NCBI GenBank assembly: GCA_043228905.1
Contig: JBHGNT010000003.1
Coordinates: forward strand, 7,750,001-7,814,000
Direction of reading: 5' to 3'
DNA: 64,000 bases
Source of the DNA: Azolla caroliniana
Lineage: Eukaryota > Plantae > Polypodiophyta
In this document: in pieces, positions 34,850 to 49,585 of the stretch
Numbering within the stretch: position 1 is the first letter of the stretch
How the letters are laid out: each line of letters begins with the position of its first letter
The notes under the pieces: model-generated
The model's input: only the letters and a program-made list of their open reading frames with translations
Told to the model about the DNA's origin: nothing
The model's database searches: none
Translations under genes and position numbers: made by a program

Positions 34850-37800
34850 TCTTTCAGGGTAACTCCGTCATTAAGCATCACACACGAGGTTGCATTTTGC
34901 CCTAGCAAAAAGATAAGTCGACACATACGAGGACCAAACCCCATATTATACATCACACCTGAGAGGAAAGACCAATTAACATGATCATATGCTTTTTCCA
35001 AATGTAATTGTACCATAACCATTTATTGATGTGTATGTCGAGCATAATCTGTAGCCATTTGAACATTCAAAACATTATGCATTATATTTCTACCTGTAAT
35101 AAAACCATATTGAGATTGAGGTAAGACTTCTGAAGTCTGTTGGATAATATCTTTGCAAACACTTTGTACAACCCTCCCATCAATGAAATAGGCCTCCATT
35201 GATGAAATGACTTCAGAGATGGTACCTTTGGTATCAATTTGATTAAGCCCACCTTCTAGCTCTCAAACATGAAACCAGAATCCCAACATTGTTGAAACAT
35301 TTGTGTGAATGGACTCTTAAGCATGCCAACATACTTCATAAAAACTTCATTTGTAACACCATCCCAACCAAGGGCTTTACCATTTGGAAGATGTAACAAT
35401 ACATTTTCCACCTCAACTTCTTCAAAATCAGCACCCAATTCTTGACAAATATTTGTATTCACGACACTCCCAATTACATTATAAAACTATTGTCATGCTT
35501 TCAACACATCCTCATTAATAATCAACTCTTGCCCAATCAAATTCTTAAAATCAATAGCATATAACTCAATAACCTTGATTGGGTCTACAACAATGTCATC
35601 CCCTATCTTAATCTGTACCACATTTGAACAAGCCTATGGTGGTCTTAATCCTTGAAAAAACATATAAGATTATGATTGATTGTGTTACAGGCATGACCAT
35701 ATAATATCCCCATGTGAGAATTTACCGTAGTATTCTATACACATGGATAAGTGTGAGGGTTAAACGAGAGTGTAAAGAAGGGGAGGATTACTTTTAATCC
35801 TCGGGATTGAGACAACCCATTAGGCCAAGTGTGAACTTGCCTGGGGGCCTTGGGTATCACTATAAATAAGAGGCCTAGCTACCCTCATTTCATCATCTTT
35901 TGACTACGTCGAGACTCTGTTTCGTGGTGGTTCAACTCTTGTAGCGAGCGTGCCAACACCAAGTACGACTCGACGCCACGGCGGTGGTATGGGATGCCGA
36001 TCGAGGCTCGAGTCCGTCTTGATCCCTTCACTCGGGGGTGGTCGAGTGGATCAACACCCTTCTTTCTCTCTCTCCTTTCTATCTCTATCTATCTATCATT
36101 CTTTTCTCCATATCATACGTTTACATTAGATCATATCTCTAATAGATTATCTATAAATCCCTCCTTTAATTGATGTAGTTTTGTTTGTTGATAACTTTGA
36201 CAAAACAAATTCTTCACAATGTCCTATACTTGAACTTGAACATCCAAAAGCTCTTCATCATGCGGATTATTCATCAATAGTACATTGCATCGCGTAAGAA
36301 TATATGAAAACTTATCAATCAATTTCTTACGTCTTTTAGCATTAGGCAACCTTACATACGATGAATATCATTGATGTTTTGTAGTGTTGTATCCCATGCA
36401 TGCTATCCTTTTGAAATAACTTGTTCTAAAAACATACTAAAAATTTGTTGCATATAGGCATCAACACAACCCACTAATAATCATGGATACATTGAAGACC
36501 ATAACTCAATGCATTGATTCCTACCAACCATATCAAATCCTCAAAATACTTGACTTCCATCACCAAAAAACGTCCATATGGATCATTATAGACTATATGT
36601 GGACAAAACAAATCACGAATAATCATGAAAACCCCTGAGTAATGATGTGATAACTATCCTACATAATATGCGGAATATCCACGCAAATGTAACACAAATA
36701 TTGCTAAATCATGACACTTATGTTCAACTGCACATAAAACATCCCATTCTTTATCAAATAAAGTTTTCCATAATATATATTTCTTATGAGGAGAAGATGC
36801 CCTTCGCACATTCCATGATACCACTTTCATTTAAAACCTTTAGTAAGAACTTGCTCTTCATGAATGTACTAACTACTTGTTCAAGAGCTGCATAAGGATT
36901 CGTGTGTACTACATCCCCTCCAACAATATTAAGGTTTTGTTGTCTAGCTCCACGAGAACGAAGTCCTTGATTTAATTGAGGTCATACCACCCTTCCTGAA
37001 GAATCGAATTTTAATTGGTTGGACAAACTTTGATTTCGTACTTGTTTTTGTCAAGGATTTTTCTTAAATCCCTCATTCAATCTCAAATTATCTTTTGGTA
37101 ATGCCTTACCGTTAGTATTTTTTGTGTCCCTTTGTATTGCAACACCCTTCCCTTTTATCTTATGCTTCACTTGATGCCACTCTCCATCTTCAACGTCTGG
37201 GTCATCATTAATGCATGCTCCATTCTCCTCCCCAACACCTCTAACATGACCATGAACTTTAGGATCTCGTTATAACCCATGAACCCATGAGATGTTCCCT
37301 CATCCATGACCATATCAACCATTGAGACAATATCATTCTCAACATCTTCCTTATTTTTCCCTTTGACATTATTTTCTAGGGATAGTTCACCATGATATTG
37401 GCATTCAGCCATAAAATGCCCCAATTTACCACATTTAAAACAATGTCCTGCAAAAGTCTCCCATTGAAGCTTAAAACAAAATCGACCAAATCGAGGTGTA
37501 TCTATACTCAATCATCTTGGAAGTTTACAACTTGTATCCCATAACATGCAAAATCTACATTTGTTCAACAAATTAACATGAGGAGCAACCAAAACTTTAC
37601 CAATTTGAGACATGAATCCTAGTAGTAAATCCCAAAAGAATGAGTTACTGTAATCAACAGTCACCCAAATTGGACATTGTTGTTTTACTAAATCTTTATA
37701 ATCCACCACCGGAACCCATTCCATCACATGCACTAATCTTCTATCAAAAAAGATTCGTACATTTGCCATCAAAGCCGTACGGTGTTCTGACAATCAAAAA

Positions 37801-38280
37801 AACACATCATAGAAACCTCTTGGACCCACATAGACATCATCAACATAATTAAGCATTATGAATGAATTCAACCACTGTTTAATCCATGATACCAAAGGAT
37901 GTTTGCTAGTGAAATACAAAATAACACCACGATCATAAAACTTGTCAAAAGTTGCTAACATAGACTTGGTCTCCATCACCACCTCTACAACATCCTCCTC
38001 CACACAATCTTTAGAATCTTTCTCATTTTTTTCCATAAAATCGGAAAGCAAAGCCTTAACAAAATCATAATGACTATCAATATTATAATCATCTCCAATA
38101 ACATCTTTCCCACCAAGAATAGCAGCATATGATGTTTTCTCATGTTCTATAGAATCGATACACTTTTGCCTCTTGTCATTTTTCACAACCATCATTACTA
38201 CCACATCCATCAACAATCATCAACTCACTTCCTATTGTTGTGTCAACCATCCTAATAGAGATTGAGAGAACTAACCTAAG
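34850..38280 (-). mobile_element. Decayed L1-type LINE (copy 1), 3'-truncated in RT
   Basis: ORF1 with CFKCGKLGHFMAEC (37167-38216); endonuclease remnants near 36.2-36.9 kb; RT motifs LPNGKALGWDGVTNE and LHLEKAYDHVNWSFL. Confidence 0.8.
35683..36144 (+). mobile_element. Solo LTR-Chr inserted in LINE copy 1
   Basis: Full-length match to 242-692; TSD GATTG/GATTA. The flanks rejoin to match the LINE copy 2 sequence near 41120. Confidence 0.85.
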
Positions 38281-38282
38281 AT

Positions 38283-38316
<34 letters not shown>

Positions 38317-41300
38317 GTGAAAACACACAATTATATTAATAAATGTGTGTAAAAATACTACTTACAATGGGTGTGACAATGGAGTATGGTCACCCACTAA
38401 CTACACTACATGGGTAGTGGAACATGTTGAATTGCCAATAGGCAAGACGAACACTCCACCGAGGAAAGAATTTCCACTTGCTCCAATAAAGAAAATTGCC
38501 ACATTAGTACTCCATTCAACTTTTGTAGATATGCTTTCACTCCATGTCTACCATCGAATATAAAAGCGTTGCACATATTCCAATTATGACGTAATCCCCA
38601 ATATCTCAGAAATAGAAAAACGATCTCCATTTCTGATTTTGGGTCAACCTATGTAAATTGTGCAAACACCCATTGTCTAGGTGTCATATAACACCGTGAT
38701 AAGACTCGCAAAATTTGAGAAATGTAATTCCAAATCTGACAAGCAATCAGGCATTGTATAAATCGATGAGTACTATCTTCCATTTGAACAGTGCAAAAGA
38801 AGCAATTACCTGCTGCTAGTCCACGACACTTTAGAGCTAATCCCAACAGCAGTCCTCCAATCAAAACTCTCCAAATGAAGACCTTTGCTACAAGTGGCAA
38901 TTTAGAATGCCAACTACGTTGTAAGATCTGCCACCACCCATGATCAGATTTGTGTATTCCCCATTCTTCTTCAGCCTTAGATGGTAACCATCCAAGAGAA
39001 TCGACAGAGCAATGATACAAAAGATTAGTAGTCCCTTGTAACAACGACGTTTGACCCTTTCAACACCAATCAATCCACGGTTGTTCTCCTGTTTGTAGAG
39101 GTAAGGGACCTTGCATCAATGGAATATTTTGTAGTTGTTCCCAAATAAACCCATAATTAGGTGGAATGCGTAATAATTGGGGCGCTTCAAGAAACTCCAA
39201 AATTCTTTGAGATGGAGCCTCAACTATATCTCCCACCTCTTTGACCCCCAAAAGAAACAAATGATTAAATTGAGAGTGCAATCTGTCCTTTCCTGGCCAA
39301 CATAATAATCGAGAAGACACAATCAACTCTTTTTGCAAAGAATTACAATGCTCTCTACTAGGTGATGGTTTCCATACACATAACAAGAGTGCTTCTTGCC
39401 ATGAGGTAACCAAGTATTGAACACATCTTGCGCCTGGAATCCTAAGTGAAATACATCCATTCAGTAATTGCCACCATGAAGCCTTAATCGTTGTCCTCCC
39501 ATGTGTTAAACCCTTGTTCTCAATGAAATATTGAACAATAGATATCCATGGTTGTGAGTTTGAACACATGTCTTGTAATAATGAAAATCTACGAGCCATC
39601 ATATGCTTAGATAAGTTCAATGTTCCAACTCCCCCCAAGCGCTTAGGGGTTGCTAGATGATTCCATGCAACCCAAGTGATTCCCATCTTATCCCTCTTCT
39701 TCCACAACAAATATTGAAGAGGTTATAAAATAGAATGCAAAGCTTCTTTGTCCATGGCAACAATGACAAGTAATATAGTATCATGGGTTCCATAATACAT
39801 TGCACAACCTTAAAGCGTACATGAAATGGCCAAGATTGTGACTTCCAATACATGAACTTATCCCTCGACTTACTAGACATCCATTCAATCAATTGACCAT
39901 TTGTAACATTCATTCCTAATGGATAGCCCAAGTGTCGAAAAAATAGAGTCTTTCTTCACCACGGATCCTTGCCATCCTAAACATTCCAAATCCCTTTCAG
40001 TACATGATATGAGACTAGACTTCCTCAAATTAATATGTAATCCGGAAGCCAATGCAAATTGGTTCCATACAAGCATCCCCTTCTCAAGATTCTCCCGTGA
40101 GGCTTGTAAAAACATGAAAGAATCATCAACCAAAGCTTGTGCTACTAGTTGCCCTCCAAACGGAAGGTGTAGACCCACAATGTCACCATTTGTTGCAAGC
40201 CTTGATAACATCACTAACAAGGGATGAGTAACAATAGCAAACAACAATGGGCTAAGAGGGCATCTTTGACGAACGGATCTTGTGAGGGCAATATCAATGT
40301 CACTCCCCCATTAAGCATTACTCGAGACACCGCATCTTGTCCTAATAAAAATATGAGGCGAGATATACGAGGTCCAAAGTCCATTGTATGCATTAACCCA
40401 GAAACAAAGGACCAATTAACATGATCATAAGCTTTCTCCAAATCTAATTGCACAATAATCAATTCTTGATGAGTGTTTCGAGCATAATGCATGGCCATTT
40501 GAACATTCAACACATTATGCAATATATTCCTACCTGCAATAAAACCATATTGGGCAGGATGTATCAACTTTGGCAAATACTTTTGTAATCTATTTGCCAA
40601 GACCTTTGTAAATATCTTATACAACCCCCCCATCAAAGAAATAGGTCTCCATTGATTAAATGACTCGGGAGATGTCACCTTTGGAACTAATTTAATTAGA
40701 CCAACCTTCCAAGCTTGAGGCATACGACCAGAATCCCAAGAATGTTGAAACATCAAAGTTAAGGGCCCCTTTAAAATGTTCAAATATCGCTTAAAAACTT
40801 CATTGGTCAAGTCATCCCAACAGGGCTCTTACCATTAGGAAGATACCTTAAAACTGTGTCCACCTCATCCTCAATGCAATCTGCATCCAATTCATGACTA
40901 ATGAGATCATGCACAATACATCCAACCACATCATAAAACTCATGACGTGCTCTACTCACCTCATTTGTCATTAACAATTGTGGGCCAATCAACTCTTTAA
41001 AGTAATAAACACATATATCAATTATTGTAGTAGGATCCACTATCCATTCATCCCCTTGTTTCACATGTACCACATTAGATCGAGCATAAGTAGGATGTAA
41101 TGCTTGGAAAAACAAATGAGATTGACATTGATTATCTATGAGCCCATCCCTCAGTTGTCGCATCTTCGCATAACAATAACTTTGGCATTGCAACGGAGAA
41201 ATAATAACATGCAATTGACTTTGGATATCCAAAAGCTCCTCATCTAATGGTGCATGTATCAATAATGCATTACACCAGGAGAGAACATGTGAGAATTGTC

Positions 41301-42429
41301 GAAGAAGACCTCTTCTTCATTGAGCATTAGTCACTCCATACATACGATGAATGATCTTAATGTTTCGTAATGTGATATCCCATGCTTTGACTCCTTTAAG
41401 ATTCACTTCTTGTGAAAAATTTACCAAAATTTGCTCCATGAGAGAATTAAAGTGAGGTTGAAGCAAAAGAGAAGAGTTAAAGCGTAATGGAGACTTTCCA
41501 AATAAGGATTTATACATGTCAATTGCATGATTACAAACCTCCAAACAAATAGGAAAGTGATCTGAAGTTCCTACATCTTGTAGAACTTTCATACGAAGTG
41601 ATGTCGGTAAAAAAGAATCATTGTGCATCACATACATTCTATCTAACCGACTCCATGTTTGTCTATGTTCAGCGGATTGGAAAGTAAAACCTGGATCATT
41701 CCCATGCAACCATGTCCAAACATCCAACTTGAGAACCTCCATAGTCAATGCATCCCAAGCAAGTTGCTCAAGATCATCCATGATTGAATGTTCAGACGTA
41801 GATTGAGAACCAAAAACCAACCATAAGGATCATTATGCACCACTTGAGGATAATATTTATCCCGCACGATTAATACCACACCTGAATAATGATTATTAAG
41901 ATGTCCTGCATAGAATGATGAATATCCACGTAAATGAACTATGGATCTTGCTAGAATGACATCTCTCCCAACTCCTTCCTTGCCATTCCCTTCATTAGGA
42001 ACCTCTATAGCTGAAGGACAATGACGATGGCATTCCTCCATAAAGTGGCCCCATTCACCACATCCAAAACAATGACCTGCAAATGTCTCCCACTTCAACT
42101 TAAAACAAAGTCTTTTCATACCAGGTGTGTTCATATGCACCCATCCTGGCCTCTTACGGCTTGTATCCCATAACACACAAAATCTACACTTATTTGTACC
42201 ATTTGCATGTGGAGATACCAACACCTTACCCATTTGACTCATCAACTCTGGTAAAAGTGACCATAAAAAAGCATGCTTACAATCCACTATTACCTAAACA
42301 GGGCATTCTTGTTTTAACAAAGCATGATAGTCCACAATGGGGGACCATTGCATTACATGCACCAATCGTTTATCAAAAAACACATGAACTTTAGCCAACA
42401 ATGCACTTCGATGTTCTGGTGAACGAAAC

Positions 42430-42473
42430 TGTAAAGAATCAGATATGATTCTTGTGTAGCGGAACAGGTGTGA

Positions 42474-42504
<31 letters not shown>

Positions 42505-45500
42505 ATGAGAGAGAGAGTGAGTGAGAGAGAGAGACAAGGAGTAAGACACAGAGTATACGCAAGGTAAATTATATTAACAAAGGAGAAAGACTCAAAAAAA
42601 CATTATAAAAGGTGGGCGGAGGGTGCTTTATGTAGTCACCCTCTCTCTTCATTAACTACAAGACTCATGGAGCATGGGGAATGTGAAAGCTCATAAGTTA
42701 TGTGTCATAGAATATGATTCTATGACTCATACTAAATGCTAGAATACAAAGAGGTGACATAATGGTGACTCTTGACCGTTGGAGTGTCTATTCACTCTCA
42801 AGGTGAGTTCACACACTAGACCAAGTTGAGCTTGATTCTCAACACGCCCCCTCAAGCTCAAGTCAGGTCGGTTTCAGACGGTATCCAAAATCCGCTTCAA
42901 CTCGCGTCGACTCACATTTATGCGGTGTTGCGGAATCCGTGCTCCAACTTGCGTTGTGCGTAGTTGCGAAGTTTGTGCTTCGTCTTGCGTCTTTCTTCGC
43001 GGCTTTGTGCGGTAGATCGGCTATTCGCGGCTTCGTTGCGTGGTTGCGTAATCCACGCGTTGTTGCGTAGTGTGTGCGGCTTGCGGAATCCACATGTTAT
43101 TGCGTAATGTGCGCGGTTTGCGAAATCCACGCGTTATTGCGTAATGTCTTCAGTACTCCCCCTCAAGCTTGGTAGGTCAGGGATCGTCAATCCGAGATCG
43201 GTCATGAATTGCCACAGCTTGTCGGCTCCTAAGGCTTTAGTGAAGATGTCGGCCGTTTGAAGATTTGTGCTAATGTGTTGTAGGTCGACATCGCCAGCTA
43301 GAACGCGCTCTCGGATGAAGTGATAGTGTACTTCGATGTGCTTTGTCCGCGCGTGGAACACCGGGTTCCGAGCCAGATAGATACTACTCATGTTGTCGCA
43401 GTAAAGGGAAGTCGGATCCTTGATGGGTACACCCAGATCCTTCAAAATCCTCTTGAGGCATACGGCTTCACACGCAACTACGGTTGCACCCTTGTATTTC
43501 GCCTCCGAACTCGAAAGAGCGACGGTAGGCTGCTTCTTGCTACTCCAAGATATTGCTCCACTGCCGAGGGAGAAAACAAATCGGGAGGTTGATCTTCTAT
43601 CGGCTTTGTAGCCGGCCCAATCGGCGTCTGTGTGCCCCTCGAGACGTATTGGCATCGCGGTTTTGTAGAGTATGCCGCAATCCATTGTGTCATTCACGTA
43701 TCATAGAACTCACTTAGTGCAATCCAAGTGAGTATCACGCGGTGTTTGCATGAATTGGCTAAGGAGACCGACCGGATAACTGAGATCGGGTTGTGTGATC
43801 GTGAGGTAGATGAGACTCCCGATGAGTTGTTGATACTGAGTCGGCTCACACGCTTTGGTGCCGGAGTTCGCATCCAGTTTGTGATTGCAATCGAGCGGGG
43901 TTGCCGCGGATTTGCACTCAGCCATCCCGAACTTGTATAACAAGTTGAGGATGTAGTGTCATTGAGAGATAATGATTCCGGCCGGAGCCCAAATTACCTC
44001 GATGCCGAGGAAGTAGTGGAGCTCCTTCATGTCCGTCATCTCGAACTTGTCGGAAAGGAGGGATTTGACCTTATTGATTTCAACGAGATGTTCACCTCCA
44101 ATGACTAGGTCATCCACATATAAGATGATGACGATCAAACTTGCGGAATCGCTTCGGATGTGGAGGGAGTTGTCTGATTTTGACATACGGAAGCCGATTT
44201 GATGAAGATATTGAGTTATCTTCAAATTCCAAGCATGCGGTGCTTGCTTGAGGCCGTAGAGTGGCTTTTTGAATCGGCATACAGCTTTCGGATGAGTGCT
44301 CGAGTTGAAGCCAGGTGGTTGTATCATGTACACCTCCTCTTCTAATTCACCTTGTAGAAAGGCGTTCTTAACGTCCATTTGATGGAGGTGCCACCCTTTC
44401 GCCACAGCAAGCACAATTACGGTCCGTACCGTCGTCATCTTTGCCACCGGGGCAAAGGTCTCTTCGTAGTCAACTCCGTGTGTTTGGGCGTAGCCTTTCA
44501 CTACGAGTCGCGCTTTGTAGCGGTTGACGGAACCATCGGCGTTGTACTTCACTTTGTAAATCCATCTGCATCCGATCGCCTTTTTGTGCAGTGAGGTGGG
44601 AACAAGATCCCACGTCTCATTCTTGCGTAGTGCCTGCATCTCCTCGTTCATGGCTTCGATCCATCGCAGATCCTTGGTTGCTTCAGAAAATGTTTCTGGC
44701 TCGCATATTGTTGCCACCTTCATCATAAAGCCGTAATGGTACGCCATATAATCGTTGTTGCCGAATCGGCTTACGGGGTTCTTTTCACGGGTGGATCGGC
44801 GGAGCTTTTCATTTGCAAAGATGAGGGCTTTCTTAGCTCCAATTGGTACCTCGAAACCGCCGAACTCACTGTCTAGTGAGTGAGTCGAGTCATCGTCGTT
44901 GAAGTGATCGTCTGCGTATTCCGCCATTTTCGCCTTGCCTTTGTCCATCTTCGGGCTAGGCCATGATGTGCTTTGATCGTTCAAAGGCTCTTGTGGTCCA
45001 CTCATTCGGGTCATGATCGGACTTTCTTTGAATATACGCGTAAGTCGATCTTCATCCTCTAGCTCTTGTTCGGCGGATTCCGGGTTGAGCGGAGTCGGTG
45101 TCGGAGTTGTCTTTGGTGCGTACCAGGATGCGGACTCGTCGAAAACAATGTCTTGACTTATGTGAGATTTTCAAGTTGAGGGGTTGTAGCACTTGTACCC
45201 CTTTTGCTCCAATGAGTATCCTATGAGGATACATTTCTCCGACTTCGGGTCAAGCTTTTGACGCTTCTCATCGGGGATGTGCACATACGCTATTGCGCCG
45301 AATATCCGGGTGTGCGATAAGTTCGGCTTCTTTCCAAAGTATTTTTCGTGCGGAGTGACCTCGTGCACGCCGGATGTTGTGCACCGGTTCATTAGGTAGA
45401 CGGCCGTATTTGCAGCTTTGGCCCAATATGACTTGGGCATATGCTTCTCGTTCATAATGGCCCGCGCTACTTTGAGGATGTGCCGATTTTTGCACTCGGC

Positions 45501-48419
45501 TACTCCGTTTTGTTGCAGAGTATGTCGGCACGTGAATTCTCGCCGATTTCCTTCCTTTCGGAGATACGCCGTGAAATCATCCGAGAAGTACTCCTTGCCG
45601 CCATTCGATCGAAGACAACGTACATGTCGGCATGTGGCTTTCTCGACTTCATTCTTGAATGTTTGGAAGTGTCTGAACACTTCGCTCTTTTGCCGCATCG
45701 GGTAGATCCAAGTGTGCCTGGAGAAGTCATCGATGAAGAGCACATAATATCGGCATCCGTCGAATGTAGCCGTCTGCGCCAGTCCCCATACATCAGAATC
45801 AACTATGTCGAGTAGACCTTTGCTCACGTTCCGCTCTTTCGGGAATGGGTGTCGGTGTTGCTTGCCGAATTGGCACGCTTCGCATACACCTTCAATCTCC
45901 TTCTCTTTGAATGTTGGGAGTCCGATGACGACTCCTTTCGATTTCATTGCTTTGAGTTTGTTGAGATTGATGTGGCCAATTCACTTGTGCCACAACTCTA
46001 TGTCGGAGTCGGCTTTCATGCCCTTTGCGAACATGGCCGATTTCATCTCGTGTGAGTCGAGAATGAACATTCGGCCCTCTCTTCGTCCACGTGCGATGAG
46101 TCGGCCCTCTTTTTCGATGAAGCAACTGCCTTGATTAAATCGAACTTGCATCCCTTGCTCTACAATTTGACCGACGGAGACCAAATTCTTCGTAATGGTC
46201 GGTACATGCAAGACATTTTTAATGTAATTTTGCTTACCTTCTTTTCCGAACGGAACATTGCCAATGTGCCGAATTGGGTGTGTAGTGCCATCTCCGGTTT
46301 CAACATAACCGGGTCGCTCCGGCTCTCGAAGTTCAAGAAACCATTCTTTATGAGATGTCATATGGTTTGAGGATCCGGAGTCAACAAACCATATGTCCTC
46401 CGGATTGAGGGCACTAGTTGAGGTAGAGGCCGACATAGAGTTTGCTCTATGTTTCATCATGAACATTCTGCCATGGTCGGAGTTGTATGCGTACATTCCG
46501 CCACGATCCTCGTAGTCGGAGTTATGCCCGTACATTCCGATATACTCTTCGTAGTTGGAATTGTGCGCGTAATTCGTGAGTTGTCGGCTTGTGGAAGCCG
46601 ATTCACGCATCTTCTTTCGGCACTCTTCTTCGTGGTGGCCGAGCTTTCCGCAATATCCGCATTTAGTTGCGTTTTGACGGCTCGGGCCAGAGTGGAAGCT
46701 CCCCCTTCTTGCGAAGGTTCCTCGTTGGCTTCCGTTTTGCGGCTGAAATTGGGAGTTGTTGTCGTAGGTTGGAGCTCGTCCGCCTTGTCCTTGGCCGAAT
46801 CGGCCTCTCGCTCGTACATATCCTCTTCCTTCGTTTGAGTGCGTGTAGAGCATGTGGCCTTCCGACTCATTGCTCCTTGTACGCATGTGGTTTTCTTCGA
46901 CCAATAGCATTGATTGGAGCTCGAAGAAGGAGGGAGATTTCTCCCTTGCTAGAACGGCGGTTCGCATCACGTTGAACCATGGTGCGAGGCCGCCGAGGCA
47001 TATTTGCACCATCTCATCATCATCGATACTTACATTTATTGAGCCGAGCGAATCGCAAAGCTCCTTGATCTTCGAGGTGTATGTCGTGATGGACATGTCC
47101 CTTTGTTGAATGTTGTTCAACTCTTGGCGGAGTTGAAGCCTTCTTGCGGTTGTGTTCCCCGCGAAAATCTTTCATAGATTTTCCCATGCCTCGTTCGGCG
47201 TCTTGGCTTCACAAATGTAGCCGAGCATGTGATCGTGAACATATGTCGCCAAGCAATACATCACGCGCTTGCGGCTTGCGGCTTGCGGCTTGATCCCATG
47301 TCGCGTATCCGGGAGCCGCTTCGGCGGGTCGGTCTTCATGCACTCCTTTGATGTAGCTCCAATAGCCTTGTCTGACAAGGTATTGGCGCATCTTGTACTC
47401 CCAAGATGCGAAGTTGTTTCGATCCAACTTCTCGGTAGGGACAGCACTCCCCATTTGAGTATTCATTGTGTCGATTCTTCTTCTTTTTCTTCTCTCTTCA
47501 AATGCGAGCTATGTGACAGGAACTATACGCTCCCCTATGAACAACGCTTGGCCACAACCGAGCTTAGAATCAAACACAGAAAACGGGAATGAATGCACGA
47601 CACAAAAGTGAGAGAAGAGCACACAAGATGTTTACGTGGAAAACCCAAACTAGGGAAAAACCACGGCAGCCCACAGGCTGCAAACTATCACTATGTTACA
47701 ATGTACAACAGTAAAGCACCAAGGCAACAACCTCGAGCTTTCTATCTTCGCCACAGGTGGCGGTTACAACAGAGGCAACGACCTCTTCCTCTCTCTCTCT
47801 CTGTACACAGTTACACGCTCTGATCTTGCGCAAACAAGAATAACAACACACAATCAATAAGTTTGCCCTAAGTCATATTTATACTGATACGACTTTTCGG
47901 CTATTTACAAATATAGCCTCGATGGACTCTCAGAAACATATTTATGAATATGTCTCTTCATCCGGTGAGCACTGCTCACCGGGCCTACATCATCCGGCAC
48001 TTGCCGACTACTTGCTATCCGGTTCTCACTAGGTCTGCACCATCCGGCTCTCCGTAGCTGGGTTCTCCTCATCCGGTTCTCACCAGGTCTGCACCATCCA
48101 GCTCTCCGTAGCCGGGTTCTCCCCATCCGGTTCTGTCCGAGTCTACACCATCCAGCTCTCCATAGCTGGGTACTCCTCATCCGGTTTCGGCCGAGGCCGA
48201 GTTTGCTCATCAGCACTGTTCTTCTCCCTTCCCATCCGGAGGGACCTGTCTCCCAACACTATGTAGCGAAGCTACAATAGCGATGAGCCGGTTCTTGGTC
48301 GTCGATGTGGAGCACAACACACGATCACGATGAAGCGAATGGGCTAGATCAAGCTACCAAATCGCTCTGATACCATGTAAAGAATCAGATATGATTCTTG
48401 TGTAGCGGAATAGGTGTGA

Positions 48420-48491
<72 letters not shown>

Positions 48492-48828
48492 AGAGAGTGA
48501 GTGAGTGAGTGAGAGAGACAAGGAGTAAGACACAGAGTATACGCAAGGTAAATTATATTAACAAAGGAAAAAGACTCAAAAAAACATTATACAAGGTGGG
48601 CGGAGGGTGCTTTATGTAGTCACCCTCTCTCTTCATTAACTACAAGACTCATGGAGCATGGGGAATGTGAAAGCTCATAAGTTATGTGTCATAGAATATG
48701 ATTCTATGACTCATACTAAATGCTAGAATACAAAGAGGTGACATAATGGTGACGCTTGACCGTTGGAGTGTCTATTCACTCTCAAGGTGAGTTCACACAC
48801 TAGACCAAGTTGAGCTTGATTCTCAACA
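42430..48828 (-). mobile_element. Ty1/copia element D (decayed)
   Basis: LTRs 42430-42844 and 48376-48828; perfect TSD GAAAC; PBS 48364-48375; PPT 42845-42853. The gag-pol at 47454-43134 has CGYCGKLGHHEEEC, WFVDSGSSNH, NGGKEY, YKARLV, YVDDLV, KHIEVHYHF and is broken into several ORFs. Confidence 0.93.
47514..48258 (-). mobile_element. Solo LTR of the Copia A family in the 5' UTR of D
   Basis: Reverse complement TGTTGGGAGAC...TTCCTGTCA matches the A-family LTRs; perfect TSD CTATG. Confidence 0.92.
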
Positions 48829-49585
48829 GAAACACTACATCATAAAACCCTTGTGGTCCTGCATATATATTTTTAACACAATTTGGTGACACAATTGTGT
48901 TCAACCATTGTTTAATCCAATTAATGTATGGGAGTTTCCCGGTAAAAAATAATATAACCGCACGATCATAGAATACATCAAAAGATTGCAACACTACCTT
49001 AGCATCAATTTCCACATCATGCACATCCTCATCAATGCATTCTTTCGCTTCATTTTCATTTTCTTCCACAATATCAGACAACAAGGTATTGGCAATTCCC
49101 CATAAATTATCCCAATTACAATGATCCTTGTCAACCTCATGTACATGTATTACTTCGGCATATATCAATTTTTTCTCATTAATTTCTTCAACACCCTTAA
49201 ACCTCTTAGGGCTTCCAATGTCTTCCTTTTCACGATTACATTCAACCATCACATTACTCATTTTCAAATCAATTGTTTCCATATCGATGTCCCCCACAAT
49301 TTGTGAGGAATTCATGTTTATATCCATTATTCTTGAGGTGATATCGATCTAGGATAAAAACAAATTTCCATGAACCAGAGAGACAACCGGAACTCACCGA
49401 TTGAAGAGGTTGAAGATGATGAAGACAATAGATGACCCGCAATGTGTGTTAAGTATGTGGATGCCGATAACACAAGATTCCTTATTTCCATTGCTACTTC
49501 TCGTACAAACCACCAAATTTAATGTGTTATATCTCGTTACGAAGCTATAATCGAGGGCTTTCTAACACTTGTCTTTGTGCCCAAT

